A stretch of 64,000 nt of DNA from NCBI GenBank assembly GCA_019636245.1, contig JAHBXX010000006.1, positions 8,496 to 72,495 on the forward strand, read 5' to 3'. Origin of the DNA: Planctomycetota bacterium. Its GTDB lineage: Bacteria; Planctomycetota; UBA1135; UBA2386. The translations under genes were made by a program, and so were the position numbers. Positions 28,378 to 39,144 of this stretch are shown here, in pieces (within the stretch, counting starts at the first letter, position 1; every line of letters begins with the position of its first letter). The notes under the pieces are model-generated. The model was not told the DNA's origin. It searched no databases and was given only the letters and a program-made list of their open reading frames with translations.

Positions 28378-29149
28378 TCGGCGGCCGACGCCGATCAGCG
28401 GTTGCGTGATCTGCTTCCAGGAGGCCGATCGCATCGCCGACTGCCTGCGCTCGCTCGCATTCTGCGACGAGATCGTCGTCGTCGACAGCGGCAGCACCGA
28501 CGGCACGCGCGAGCTCGCCGCCGGACTCGGCGCGCGGGTGATCGAGAACGCGCCGTTCCCCGGCTTCGCGGCGCAGCGCCAGTTCGCGATCGACCAGGCC
28601 GGGCACGACTGGGTGTTGTGCCTCGACGCCGACGAACGGGTGACGCCCGAGCTCGGCCGCGAGATCGCGGCGCTGGCGGCGGCGGGCGCGCTGCGCGGCG
28701 GCTATCGCCTGCCGCGCCGCAGCCACTACCTCGGCCGGGTGATGCGGCACGGCCTGTTCTGGCCCGATCGCAAGCTGCGGCTGTTCGACCGCCGCTGCGG
28801 CCGCGTGGTCGCCAACCCGCCGCACGACCACGTCGAGCTCGCCGCCGGCACGCCGTGCGCCGACCTCGCCGGCTGCCTCGAGCACCTGAACTACCGGTCC
28901 TTCCGCGACCACCTGCGCACGATCGACCGCTACGCACGGCAGGCGGCCGAGGCGATGCGGGCGAGCGGCCGGCGGGCCTCGCCGTTCGATCTGCTGGTGC
29001 GGCCGCCGAGCGTGTTCGTGAAGAGCCTGCTGCTGAAGCTCGGCGTGCTCGACGGCTGGCGCGGCATCGTCTGCGCCGTGCTGGCGGGATGGCATGACTG
29101 GCTCAAGTACTGGCGGCTGTTCCGGCTGCCGCGGCGGGGCCGCGCATGA
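28367..29149 (+). CDS. family 2 glycosyltransferase (LPS-core type)
   Basis: An internal ATG at 28367 gives MAADRRPTPISGCVICFQEADRIADCL. Motifs seen: VVVDSGSTDGT and the DxD motif CLDADE. Confidence 0.8.
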   Translation: MAADRRPTPISGCVICFQEADRIADCLRSLAFCDEIVVVDSGSTDGTRELAAGLGARVIENAPFPGFAAQRQFAIDQAGHDWVLCLDADERVTPELGREIAALAAAGALRGGYRLPRRSHYLGRVMRHGLFWPDRKLRLFDRRCGRVVANPPHDHVELAAGTPCADLAGCLEHLNYRSFRDHLRTIDRYARQAAEAMRASGRRASPFDLLVRPPSVFVKSLLLKLGVLDGWRGIVCAVLAGWHDWLKYWRLFRLPRRGRA

Positions 29150-30312
29150 GCGAACTGCCGCGCGTGCTGCACCTGTTCGCGAACCACAAGTGGACGGGGC
29201 CCGCGGATCCGGCGATCCGCGCGGCGGCCAGGCTGCGCGCGCTGGGCCTCGACGTGGTGTTCGCCCAGGCTGGTTTCGTGCACCGCGGCGGCGATCACCG
29301 TGTCGCCGAGGAGCTGTGGCGCTGGCGGTTGCCGGTCGTCGCCGGCCTGGAACTGCGCAAGCACTTCCACGTCGCCTCGCTGCAGCGCGACGTGCGGACC
29401 CTGCGCGCGATCGTGCGCCGCGACCGCTTCGGCATCCTGCACTGCCACCAGCCGGCCGACCATCTGCTGGCGGTGCTGGCCTGCCGCCGCCTCGCGCCGC
29501 GGCCGCTGGTCGTGCGGTCGCTCTACGAGCCGGGACCGCCGCCGCGCGGCTGGCGCGAGCGCTACGCGTTCCGGCGCACGGCGGCGGTGCTGGCGCCGAC
29601 CGCGGCGGCGTGCGATGGCGTGGTGCGTGCGTTCGGCCTGCCGGCCGATCGGGTGCTGCGGCAGGAACCGGTGACCGAGCCGCGCGACCGGCACGGCCCC
29701 GACCTGCGCGCGCGCTGGGGGGTGCAGGTTGGCGAACTGCTGGTCGGCATCACCGCGCGCATCCAGCCCCACCGTCGTTTCGACCTCCTGTGGGACGTCG
29801 CGCGCCGGGTCGTCGATGCGGTGCCGGCGGCGCGCTTCGTGCTCCTCGGCCGCGGCAACGAGGCCGACACGCAGGAACTGGTGACCGGGCCGGTGGCCGC
29901 GGCCGGGCTCGGCCGGCACGTGATCCTGCCCGGCTACCAGAAAGGGCCCGACTACGACGCGGCGCTGCGGTCGCTCGACCTGTTCCTGTTCCTGGTGCCC
30001 GGCAGCGACGGCACCTGCCGCGCCGTGTGCGACGCGATGGCCTACGGCCTGCCGGTGGTGGCGACCCGTCGCGGCATCCTGCCCGAACTGCTCGCCGCCC
30101 GCCGGCCCGGCGAGGAACCGGGCGTCGCGTGCGACGAGGATGCCGCCGCGCTGGCGGCGGCGATCGTGCGCTGGCTCGAGGATGCGCCGGCGCGCCGACG
30201 GGCCGGCGAGGCCGCGCGACGTCGCGCCGTGCTCGACATGGATCCGCAGCGGGCCGCCGAGCGCACGCGCGCCCTCTACGCCGAACTGTGGCGCGCCCAG
30301 GTGGGCCCATGA
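29146..30312 (+). CDS. GT-B fold glycosyltransferase (family 4/9-like)
   Basis: The start overlaps the upstream stop (ATGA). The C-terminal half (FLFLVPGSDGTCRAVCDAMAYGLPVVATRRGILPELL) resembles the EX7E-type region of GT4. Confidence 0.7.
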   Translation: MSELPRVLHLFANHKWTGPADPAIRAAARLRALGLDVVFAQAGFVHRGGDHRVAEELWRWRLPVVAGLELRKHFHVASLQRDVRTLRAIVRRDRFGILHCHQPADHLLAVLACRRLAPRPLVVRSLYEPGPPPRGWRERYAFRRTAAVLAPTAAACDGVVRAFGLPADRVLRQEPVTEPRDRHGPDLRARWGVQVGELLVGITARIQPHRRFDLLWDVARRVVDAVPAARFVLLGRGNEADTQELVTGPVAAAGLGRHVILPGYQKGPDYDAALRSLDLFLFLVPGSDGTCRAVCDAMAYGLPVVATRRGILPELLAARRPGEEPGVACDEDAAALAAAIVRWLEDAPARRRAGEAARRRAVLDMDPQRAAERTRALYAELWRAQVGP

Positions 30313-31373
30313 CCGCCGCCGCCCAGGCGGCCGACGCGGCCGATGCGCCGGTGCTCGACCGCTGGTGGCGGGCCTTCGTCGCCACCGGCCGGTTGCCCGA
30401 CGAACTGCCGCTCGTGCAGGGGCGCCTGGTGCGCGCCGTGCACCGCGGCCTGCTGCCGTCGGGGCCGGTGTTCGTCAAGGTGATGGCGTTCCCGCGGGCG
30501 AAGGACCGGCTGCGCTACGCGGCGCGGCCGCTGCCGGCCGCGCACGAGGCGGCGATGCTGGCGGTGGTGGCGGCGGCCGGCATCGCCTGTCCCACCGTCG
30601 TCGCCGTGCGCACCCTGCGGCGGTGGGGCCTGCCGCGCCGGTCGATGCTGGTGTTGCGGGCGCTGCCGGTGGCCGACCAGGCCGAGTCGACCGAGGTCCG
30701 GCTCGGCGACGAGGCGGCGCTGGCCGTGCGCCTGCTCGCCGCGGGCGTCGTGCACCCCGACCTGCACGCGGGCAACTTCGTGCGGCTGCGCGATGGCCGG
30801 CTCGCGGTGCTCGACCTGCAATCGGCCCGCGTCGTCCGCCGCGGCGGCCGCAGCCTGGCCTTCGCCGCCGCGGTGCGCCTGCTGCAGGAACGGCCCGACC
30901 TGCCGCCGCCGCACGCGGCGGCGGCGCTGTTGCCGTCGGGGCTGCTGCCGGATGCCGCCGCGGTCGGCCGCGCGTGCGCGGCGGCGGCGCGGGCCCGGGC
31001 CGGGTTCCTGCGCGGCCGCATCCGGCGCTGTCTGGGCGAGAGCACCGAGTTCACCCGGGTGCTGCGCTGGGCCGGCGTCGAACATCGGCGCCGCGGTGTC
31101 GCGGGCGGGCCCTGGCTGCGTGGCGGGCGGGACCTGCGGCGGGCCTGGCTCGGCCAGCGCGTGGCGGAACTCTGCCAGGCACAGCCGCCGCGGTTCCCCG
31201 CCTTCCTGCAGCGGTGGTGGTGGTTCGGCGGTGCCCTGCAACTGCCCCCGGGTTGCAGCGAGGCCGAGGCGGCGGCCGCCGTGCGCGACGCGGTGGCGGC
31301 CTTCGCCCGCTGGCGCGGCCCGGGGCGTCGCGGTCGGCAGGATGCGCCCTTCCCCGGCGGGGAGGGTGCGTGA
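30309..31373 (+). CDS. lipopolysaccharide kinase (Kdo/WaaP/InaA)-like protein
   Basis: ATG at 30309 overlaps the upstream stop (ATGA). The catalytic-loop-like motif VVHPDLHAGNFV is followed by LAVLDLQSA. The gene sits in an LPS-core glycosyltransferase context. Confidence 0.5.
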   Translation: MTAAAQAADAADAPVLDRWWRAFVATGRLPDELPLVQGRLVRAVHRGLLPSGPVFVKVMAFPRAKDRLRYAARPLPAAHEAAMLAVVAAAGIACPTVVAVRTLRRWGLPRRSMLVLRALPVADQAESTEVRLGDEAALAVRLLAAGVVHPDLHAGNFVRLRDGRLAVLDLQSARVVRRGGRSLAFAAAVRLLQERPDLPPPHAAAALLPSGLLPDAAAVGRACAAAARARAGFLRGRIRRCLGESTEFTRVLRWAGVEHRRRGVAGGPWLRGGRDLRRAWLGQRVAELCQAQPPRFPAFLQRWWWFGGALQLPPGCSEAEAAAAVRDAVAAFARWRGPGRRGRQDAPFPGGEGA

Positions 31374-31407
31374 GGCATGGGCGTGCGGCCGCCACCCGGC
31401 CGCCGGT

Positions 31408-32280
31408 ATGCTGGCGCGGATGTTCTCCGCCACCCGCACCGTCTGCCTGATCTTCGCCTGCCTGGGCGCGCCGCTGTCGGCCCAGGAAGGCAAACCCAAG
31501 CCCGGCGCCGAGGCCGAGAAGGCCGAGAAGGCGAGCAAGCCCGCCAAGCCGGTGCCGCCGAGCGACAAGGACCCGGTGATGGCCAAGGACCCGGCCATCC
31601 TGGCGATCGACAAGTTCCTCGGCCGCAACCGGGTCGACACGTCGAATCCGGCGTGGCGCACCCAGCTGACGGCGCCGCCGCTGCTGCCGTTCGACCAGAA
31701 GAGCGAGTACCTCTGGCACCTCGAGACCTCGCAGGGGCACCTGGTCGTGCGGCTGTTCCCGGACACGGCGCCGATGCACGTCAGCAACGGCATCTACCTG
31801 GCGCGGCTCGGCTTCTACGACGGGTTGAAGTTCCACCGCATCATCAAGGGGTTCATGGCCCAGGGCGGCTGTCCGCTCGGCAACGGCGGCGGCGATCCGG
31901 GCTACAAGATCGAGGGCGAGTTCTTCGGCACGCGGCGGCACGACAAGCCCGGCATCCTCAGCACCGCCAACACCGGCATGCCGAAGAGCGACGGCTCGCA
32001 GTTCTTCCTCACCTTCGTGCCGACGCCGCACCTCGACGGCAAGCACACGATCTGGGGCGAGGTCGCCGAGGGAATGGACACGCTGAAGGCCCTGGAGGCG
32101 GCCGGCGCCAGCGGCGACAAGCCGCTCGCCAGCCCGCCGACGATCGTGCGCAGCTGGATCCAGGTGAAGAAGGTCGAGAAGGCGAAGGGCAAGTCCGACG
32201 CCGCGGCCGGGCCGGCGCCGGCCGAGGGCGGCAAGCCCGATGGCAAGCCCGACGGCAAGCCGGACGGCAAGCCGGACTGA
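31408..32280 (+). CDS. secreted cyclophilin-type peptidyl-prolyl cis-trans isomerase with Lys/Pro-rich linker and GKPD-repeat tail
   Basis: The signal peptide is MLARMFSATRTVCLIFACLGAPLSAQE. The cyclophilin core reads FHRIIKGFMAQGGCP...GPGY...SMANTG-like (LSTANTGMPKSDGSQFFLT)...HTIWGEV. Confidence 0.88.
   Translation: MLARMFSATRTVCLIFACLGAPLSAQEGKPKPGAEAEKAEKASKPAKPVPPSDKDPVMAKDPAILAIDKFLGRNRVDTSNPAWRTQLTAPPLLPFDQKSEYLWHLETSQGHLVVRLFPDTAPMHVSNGIYLARLGFYDGLKFHRIIKGFMAQGGCPLGNGGGDPGYKIEGEFFGTRRHDKPGILSTANTGMPKSDGSQFFLTFVPTPHLDGKHTIWGEVAEGMDTLKALEAAGASGDKPLASPPTIVRSWIQVKKVEKAKGKSDAAAGPAPAEGGKPDGKPDGKPDGKPD
32230..32277 (+). repeat. 4 x 12-nt tandem repeat encoding (GKPD)4 at the cyclophilin C-terminus
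   Basis: ggcaagcccgat ggcaagcccgac ggcaagccggac ggcaagccggac, followed by the stop codon. Confidence 0.9.
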
Positions 32281-32304
32281 GGCGGCGCCTGGGGCCTGGA
32301 GCGA

Positions 32305-32793
32305 TCAGAGATCGGCTTCGAGCGCCAGCACGATCTTGCGGGCCAGGTCCTCGATCAACTCCGCCCGCGCCGAGGTCAGGTCCTCGCCGAGCGGGTCGCG
32401 GAACTCCGTGCGGTCGAACAGCCGCCGCTCGAACAGCAGGCTGCCGTCGCGCCGCAGCACGCGCAGGTGCACCGCGGCTTCGAACGCGCCCTCGCGCACC
32501 GGGTCGGCGCGGCTGCCGGCGACCAGCGTGCGCTCGTTCGCGTCGGTGAGGACGACCTGCAGGATGGCGTCGGCGCGCCGGCGATCGGCCAGCACGAGGT
32601 CGCTCGACACCGGCAGTTCCTGGGCCAGGGCGGCGCTGAGGTCGACCTCGAGGCGCTGGCGGTAGGTCTCGTTGCCGACCACCAGCAGGGCGATCGAGCG
32701 GATGCCCTGCTGCGGCAGGCCCGAGCCGAAGCTGTAGCCGCAGCCACCGGCCACCAGCGCCGCCAACGCCGCCGCCAGGGGGACGAGCCTCAC
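32305..32793 (-). CDS. lptE: LptE-like LPS-assembly lipoprotein
   Basis: The GTG at 32793 overlaps the bamD stop (GTGA). VRLVPLAAALAALVAGGCGYSF carries a lipobox followed by the GCGY start typical of LptE. About 160 aa. Confidence 0.55.
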   Translation of the reverse strand: MRLVPLAAALAALVAGGCGYSFGSGLPQQGIRSIALLVVGNETYRQRLEVDLSAALAQELPVSSDLVLADRRRADAILQVVLTDANERTLVAGSRADPVREGAFEAAVHLRVLRRDGSLLFERRLFDRTEFRDPLGEDLTSARAELIEDLARKIVLALEADL

Positions 32794-33707
32794 GGCCGGG
32801 CTCCGGTCGCGGCGGCGCCCAGCTCCTCGCGGCGCCGCACGGCCTCGGCGTAGGCGGCCGTGCCCTCGAACTCCGCCCGCGTGGCGATGTCGAGGTGGTG
32901 GCGTTCGCCGGTCTCGTTGCCGACGCGGCGGTAGAACGAGGCGATGCCGAAGTGGCGTTCGGCGCGCCATTCGCGCAGCCGCGCCAGGGCCGCGCGGGCC
33001 TGGGCCAGGATCTCCGGGTTCTCCGGCGCCGTGGCGAGGAAGTCGGTCAGCTCGCGCACGGCGTGGTTCATCTTGTCGAGGTCGTAGTCCGGGCCGTGCA
33101 GGCTGTCGACCAGGCTCATGGCGAAGCGGTAGCAGGCGTACTTGACCCACTCGCTCTCCGGGCGCCGCCTGATCAGGTCGCGGAAGCGTTCCTGCGCCAG
33201 TTCGTAGTTGCGGTCTTCGTAGGCCATGTCGCCGAGCAGGCGCAGCGCGTCGGCCAGGCGCTGGGTGTCGGGGTGCCGGGTGATCAGGTGTTCGAGCACG
33301 GTGCGGCCCGAACGCCGGTCGGACCAGAAGATCCAGAAGCCGCGACCGGAGGTCGCCAGCGTGTGGCCGATGGTCCACAGCAGCTCCATCACCACCGGTC
33401 GCAGCTCGCTGTGGGGGTAGCGGTCCGAGAACCGCTCCAGCGCCTCGAAGCCCTGCCAGAGCTCGCCGCGGCCCACGTGGGCGGTGGCGGTGGCGACGTC
33501 GCGGCGGTCGCGCAGCCGCTTCGGACAGGCTTCGTCGGCCAATGGCTCGAGCACGGCGAGCGCCTGCTCGTGGGCCCCCCCGGCGATCAGCGCCTCGGCC
33601 TCGCCGAGCAGCCGGTCGGCGTCCGGCGGCGGTGCGGCCGTCGACGAGCACGCGGCCGCCACCAGCAAGGTCGCGGCGAGTGGCAGCGGAGTTCGGCGGC
33701 GGCGCAT
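32790..33707 (-). CDS. bamD: outer membrane protein assembly factor BamD-like lipoprotein (TPR)
   Basis: ATG at 33707 gives MRRRRTPLPLAATLLVAAACSS (lipobox). A TPR-like body follows, ending in YELAQERFRDLIRRRPESEWVKYACYRFAMS and ERHFGIASFYRRVGN, which are typical of BamD/YfiO. Confidence 0.7.
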   Translation of the reverse strand: MRRRRTPLPLAATLLVAAACSSTAAPPPDADRLLGEAEALIAGGAHEQALAVLEPLADEACPKRLRDRRDVATATAHVGRGELWQGFEALERFSDRYPHSELRPVVMELLWTIGHTLATSGRGFWIFWSDRRSGRTVLEHLITRHPDTQRLADALRLLGDMAYEDRNYELAQERFRDLIRRRPESEWVKYACYRFAMSLVDSLHGPDYDLDKMNHAVRELTDFLATAPENPEILAQARAALARLREWRAERHFGIASFYRRVGNETGERHHLDIATRAEFEGTAAYAEAVRRREELGAAATGARP

Positions 33708-33791
33708 CGGGTCGGGATGTTCGCGGGCGGCGCCCATCGCGGCGAGACATTTTCGCCGCCGGCGCGGCGGCGGGAGAAGGCCCTGCCGCCG

Positions 33792-34564
33792 CTAGCCGCG
33801 CTCGAACAACAGCGCGCGCAGCCGCGACCGCTGCTCGGTCGCGGCGGCCAGCCACAGCGCCGGCAGGGGCGCGGCGACGCGTGCGGCGACCGGCAGCGCG
33901 AGCTGCGGCCATTGGCGGCCGGAGGTCGCCTGCAGCTGCCGTAGCAGGTCGAGCACCTCGACGCCGACGGCGGTGCGGGGCGTGCGCGCATGCCGACGGC
34001 ACAACAGGCCTGGCTCGCCGTCGTGGCGGTAGGCGCCGCCGTCCAGTCGGACGCCGCACGCCGCGCAGTGGTGCAGGTCGGGCAGCGCTCCGAGATGCTC
34101 GAGGTGGCGCAGCTCGAGGCCGAGCACGACCTGGCCGATGGCGGGCTCCGGACAGCGCTCGAGCAGCGCCAGGCCGCCGACCAGCAGGTCGTAGACCAGC
34201 GGCTCGGGGCGGCCGTCGGGCAGCGCGAACTCGCACAGCTGCGCCAGGTGGCTGGCGGCGAGGAAGCGTGCCGGCGCCCGCAGCGCCCGGCGCTCGCGCA
34301 CCAGTTCGGCGCGCACGAACAGGCGCAGGCCGCCGCGATCGGGACCGAACGTGGCCTGCAGTTCGTTGAGGAAGTCGACGCGGCCCAGGAACGGGGAGTC
34401 CGGCCGGTGCGCGCCCTTGGCCAGCGCCGTGACGCGGCCCTGCGTCCTGGTCAGGCAGGTGACGATGCGACTCGATTCCCGGAAGTCGGTGCGCCGCAGC
34501 ACCACGGCGGGTGTCGTCGTGGCGCGCGCCTGGGGGCGCGCAGCGAGGTCCGGAGGGGCAGCCG

Positions 34565-34568
<4 letters not shown>
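33792..34568 (-). CDS. recO: DNA repair protein RecO
   Basis: TTG at 34568 overlaps the upstream TGA (TTGA). The OB-fold N-terminus reads AVVLRRTDFRESSRIVTCLTRTQGRVTALAKGA. The zinc-finger-like motif is HCAACG...LLCRRH. Confidence 0.8.
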
Positions 34569-36034
<1,466 letters not shown>

Positions 36035-36240
36035 ACGGGTTCGAGGCCGGGCTCGGACCCGGGTTTCCCCGGCGGCCCCGCCGCGCGGCGGGGCAGCCGA
36101 TCCAGGTGCCTTGGCGGCAGGGTGTTGCGGGCCGAGCCCGGCAGCCATGGGGGGGGCGGATTGCCGGCTCGCGGCGCACCTCCGGCGGGCCGCGGCGCGG
36201 GGCGCTGCCCGGTGCCGGCCGGCCGCCCTGGGGCGGTCGG

Positions 36241-38106
36241 TCAGCGGCTCGCGACCGGCGCTTCGTCGACGCCGTCGATGTCGACCGAGAAGCGGTTGCG
36301 GCCGTAGTCCTTGCTCGCGTAGAGGGCGTGGTCGGCGCGCTGCAGCATCGACTCGACCGTGTCGCCGGGGCGGTGGTCGGTCAGGCCGATGGAGATGGTC
36401 ACCGGCAGCCCGAGTTCCAGCCCGCGGCTCTGGACCGCGGTGAACAGGCGCGTCGCCAGCACGGTGGCCTCGTCGGGGCTGGTGTCCGGCAGCACGACCA
36501 GGAACTCCTCCCCGCCGTAGCGGCAGATCGTGTCCGACCGGCGCAGGGTCTGCCGCAGGACTTCGGCGGTCGCCCGCAGCGCCAGGTCGCCCTGGAGGTG
36601 CCCGTGCGTGTCGTTCAGCTGCTTGAAGTGGTCGAGGTCGCACATCAGCACGGTCAGCGGGCGGCGCGACCGGGCGGCTCGCGCCACCTCCTGGTCGAGG
36701 CTGGTCAGCCCCATGCGGCGGTTGAACAGCCGCGTCAGCGAGTCCGTCAGCGCGAACTTCTGGGCCCGCTGGCGCCGCCGCCGCAGCAGCAGGTTCTCGA
36801 TCAGCAGCGAACCGGTCATGCCGAGCGTGGTCGCCATCGCCGTGTCGCGGTCGCGCAGGATCGGCTCCTGCGACAGCGACCGGTCGAGCAGCAGGAAGGC
36901 CGGGGTGGCGAAGGCCCTGTTCAGCGGCACTGCCAGCAGTTCGTCGCAGGCCAGGGCGGCCAGGACGCCGCGGCGCTGGCCCAGCTCGGCGCCGATCAGC
37001 ACCGGTCGCTCGCCCTGCAGCGCCTCGCGCAGCGCGCCCATTTCGCTCGCCGTCGGCAGCAGGGTCGTCATCGCCAGTCGCCGCGGGCTCGAGTCCGCCT
37101 TGCACCGCACGAAGATGCGCTGGGTGGAGTGGTCCCAGCGCACATAGAGGGCGCGGTCGTAGTCGCCGTAGCGCAGGCCCGCGGCCGTCAGCGCGGTGAG
37201 GATGCCCCGGTACGACTCCGAGCGGGCGCAACCGAGGATGCGGAGCACGACGTCGTGCAGGTCGCCGCGCCGGCCACCCGGGTCTGGCAGCAGGGGGTGC
37301 TCCTGGTCGCGATCCGGTTCGGGCTGCGTCGGATCGAGGCCGAACGCGCGCAGCGCGCCCTCCACCTGCCGCCGCAGCCGCTGGGCGGCCACCAGGTCCT
37401 TCTTGTCGGCCGCCGCCAGCACGGCGCTCGTGAGTTCGAGCTTGTCGTCTTCCCCCGGATGGCCGAAGTCGGCCAGGTCCGCCAGCAACTCGGCGGCGAA
37501 CACCAGGGCCGTGGCGTCGGTCGGGCGCTCCACCAGCGGGTGCCCGGCCGGCGCGCTGCGGGTGGCGAACAGCGCGGTCAGCTGCGGCGGCAACTGCCAG
37601 TGGTCGATCCAGGCCGCGGCGGGGACTGGGGGTGACGCGGTGCCCGCCGAGGTGTCGACCAGTTCGAGCCAGAGCGGCAGGTCGTGCAGCAACCCGAGCA
37701 GGTAGGCCTCCTCGGGATCGAGGATGCCGGTCTGGGCCGCCAGGTCCTGCGCTGCGAATGCGGTGGCGATGGCGTGCAGCCACAGGCGGCGCAGGGCGAG
37801 GGTGCCGGTGGTCGCTGCCGGCTGCGCCTGCAGCAGGCGGCGCGTGGGCGCGGGGCCGAGCCGCTCGGCGAGGCGGCGCACGCTCCATGCCGGCGGTGGC
37901 GGCCCGAAGGCGGGGGCCGCCGCGGCGCGCAGGCCGCGCACGACCGCGAGCGGGTCGAGCTGGAGGATGCGCACGACCTCCTCCTGCCGCACGTCCCGGC
38001 CATGCAGGGCGTGACCGAGGCGCCGGCGCAGGTCGCGGATCGCCAGCACCGACGGCAGATGGCCGAGCGGGTTGTCGCGGCAGGAGATGGGTGCGGGAGG
38101 GAGCAC
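36241..38106 (-). CDS. HDOD domain plus GAF-like domain plus GGDEF diguanylate cyclase
   Basis: The N-terminal HDOD-like region reads LPSVLAIRDL...ILQLDPLAVVRGLR...GLLHDLPLW. The C-terminal GGDEF region reads FALTDSLTRLFNRR...MCDLDHFKQLNDTHGH..GD...RYGGEEFLVVL...DHALYASKDYGRNR. Confidence 0.88.
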   Translation of the reverse strand: MLPPAPISCRDNPLGHLPSVLAIRDLRRRLGHALHGRDVRQEEVVRILQLDPLAVVRGLRAAAAPAFGPPPPAWSVRRLAERLGPAPTRRLLQAQPAATTGTLALRRLWLHAIATAFAAQDLAAQTGILDPEEAYLLGLLHDLPLWLELVDTSAGTASPPVPAAAWIDHWQLPPQLTALFATRSAPAGHPLVERPTDATALVFAAELLADLADFGHPGEDDKLELTSAVLAAADKKDLVAAQRLRRQVEGALRAFGLDPTQPEPDRDQEHPLLPDPGGRRGDLHDVVLRILGCARSESYRGILTALTAAGLRYGDYDRALYVRWDHSTQRIFVRCKADSSPRRLAMTTLLPTASEMGALREALQGERPVLIGAELGQRRGVLAALACDELLAVPLNRAFATPAFLLLDRSLSQEPILRDRDTAMATTLGMTGSLLIENLLLRRRRQRAQKFALTDSLTRLFNRRMGLTSLDQEVARAARSRRPLTVLMCDLDHFKQLNDTHGHLQGDLALRATAEVLRQTLRRSDTICRYGGEEFLVVLPDTSPDEATVLATRLFTAVQSRGLELGLPVTISIGLTDHRPGDTVESMLQRADHALYASKDYGRNRFSVDIDGVDEAPVASR

Positions 38107-38315
38107 GACCTGGAGATCCTTGTTCGGCTTCGCACGGGCCGGCGCTCAAGGCGACCGGGCACCGCCGGTGGTACGGCCCGGTCGACCGGGGGCCTCTCGG
38201 CCGGGCGGACCTGCAAGTGGTTTCAAAATCGTGACATCTGGCCTTGGGACAACGGCCCGGGCCATCTTGGTGGGGGATTCCGACCGGGTGGCCCGCCCTT
38301 CGCAAAGGCGGCCGC

Positions 38316-39119
38316 ATGCCTGCCTCCGTCGCCCCCCCCGTTCTCGATCCTGCCGATGCGCGCGCTGCCCTGCGGGCTCGAGGGGTCGCGCTGCTGCGTG
38401 CGGCCGGCCGCGGCCTGGAAGCGATCCCCGGTGCGTCCGGCGCCGACGGGCCGGTGCAGGATGCGGCGCTGGCGACGTCGTTGATGGACCTCTACCGCTG
38501 CACCGGCGATGGCGACGTCTTCGAGTGCCTGGTGCAGTGGACCGCACCGGGGCTGGCGCGACGGGTTCGGTCCCGTCTGCGCACGATGGGGCTGGCGAGC
38601 GACGCACAGGAAGTGCTGCAGGACGCCATCGTCAACATCTACCGCTACCCCGACCGCTTCCGCGCCTCCCGGCCCGGCGCGTTCGCCGCCTGGTCGTCGA
38701 CCATCGTCGACAACGCGATCCGCCGGCAGCTGCGCGATCGCCGCCGCGGTCCGGTCCTGGCCCGCGAGGATCCGGACCTGCTGCTGCGCGACTGCGCCGA
38801 CGAGTGGATCCGCGAACCGTCGCGGCTGGTGCAGGATCGCGAGGAGTGCGAAGCCGCGGCCAGCGCCTACGCGCTGCTGCTGCAGATCTACCTGCTCGCG
38901 TTCGGGACCCTGAGCGACCGCGAGCGCTTCGTGCTCGAGATGGTCGAGGTCCGAGGCCGGCGCTACGCCGAACTGGCGAGCGTGCTGGCGATGCGACCGG
39001 AGGCGCTGAAGATGGTCGTGTTCCGGGCCCGCAAGCGCGTGCTCGACCGGCTCGGCACCTGGCTGGCGGGGGCCACGGGGGGCAGCCGCGCGTCGGCGGC
39101 CGTCGCCGGCTTGCATTGA
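38316..39119 (+). CDS. ECF-type sigma-70 family RNA polymerase sigma factor with N-terminal extension
   Basis: ATG at 38316. The region 2-like part reads AQEVLQDAIVNIYRYPDRF...FAAWSSTIVDNAIRRQLRDRRR. The region 4 part reads LSDRERFVLEMVEVRGRRYAELASVLAMRPEALKMVVFRARKRV. No anti-sigma gene lies downstream. Confidence 0.8.
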   Translation: MPASVAPPVLDPADARAALRARGVALLRAAGRGLEAIPGASGADGPVQDAALATSLMDLYRCTGDGDVFECLVQWTAPGLARRVRSRLRTMGLASDAQEVLQDAIVNIYRYPDRFRASRPGAFAAWSSTIVDNAIRRQLRDRRRGPVLAREDPDLLLRDCADEWIREPSRLVQDREECEAAASAYALLLQIYLLAFGTLSDRERFVLEMVEVRGRRYAELASVLAMRPEALKMVVFRARKRVLDRLGTWLAGATGGSRASAAVAGLH

Positions 39120-39144
39120 CGGCGCCGGCGCCGATCCTGGCGGC

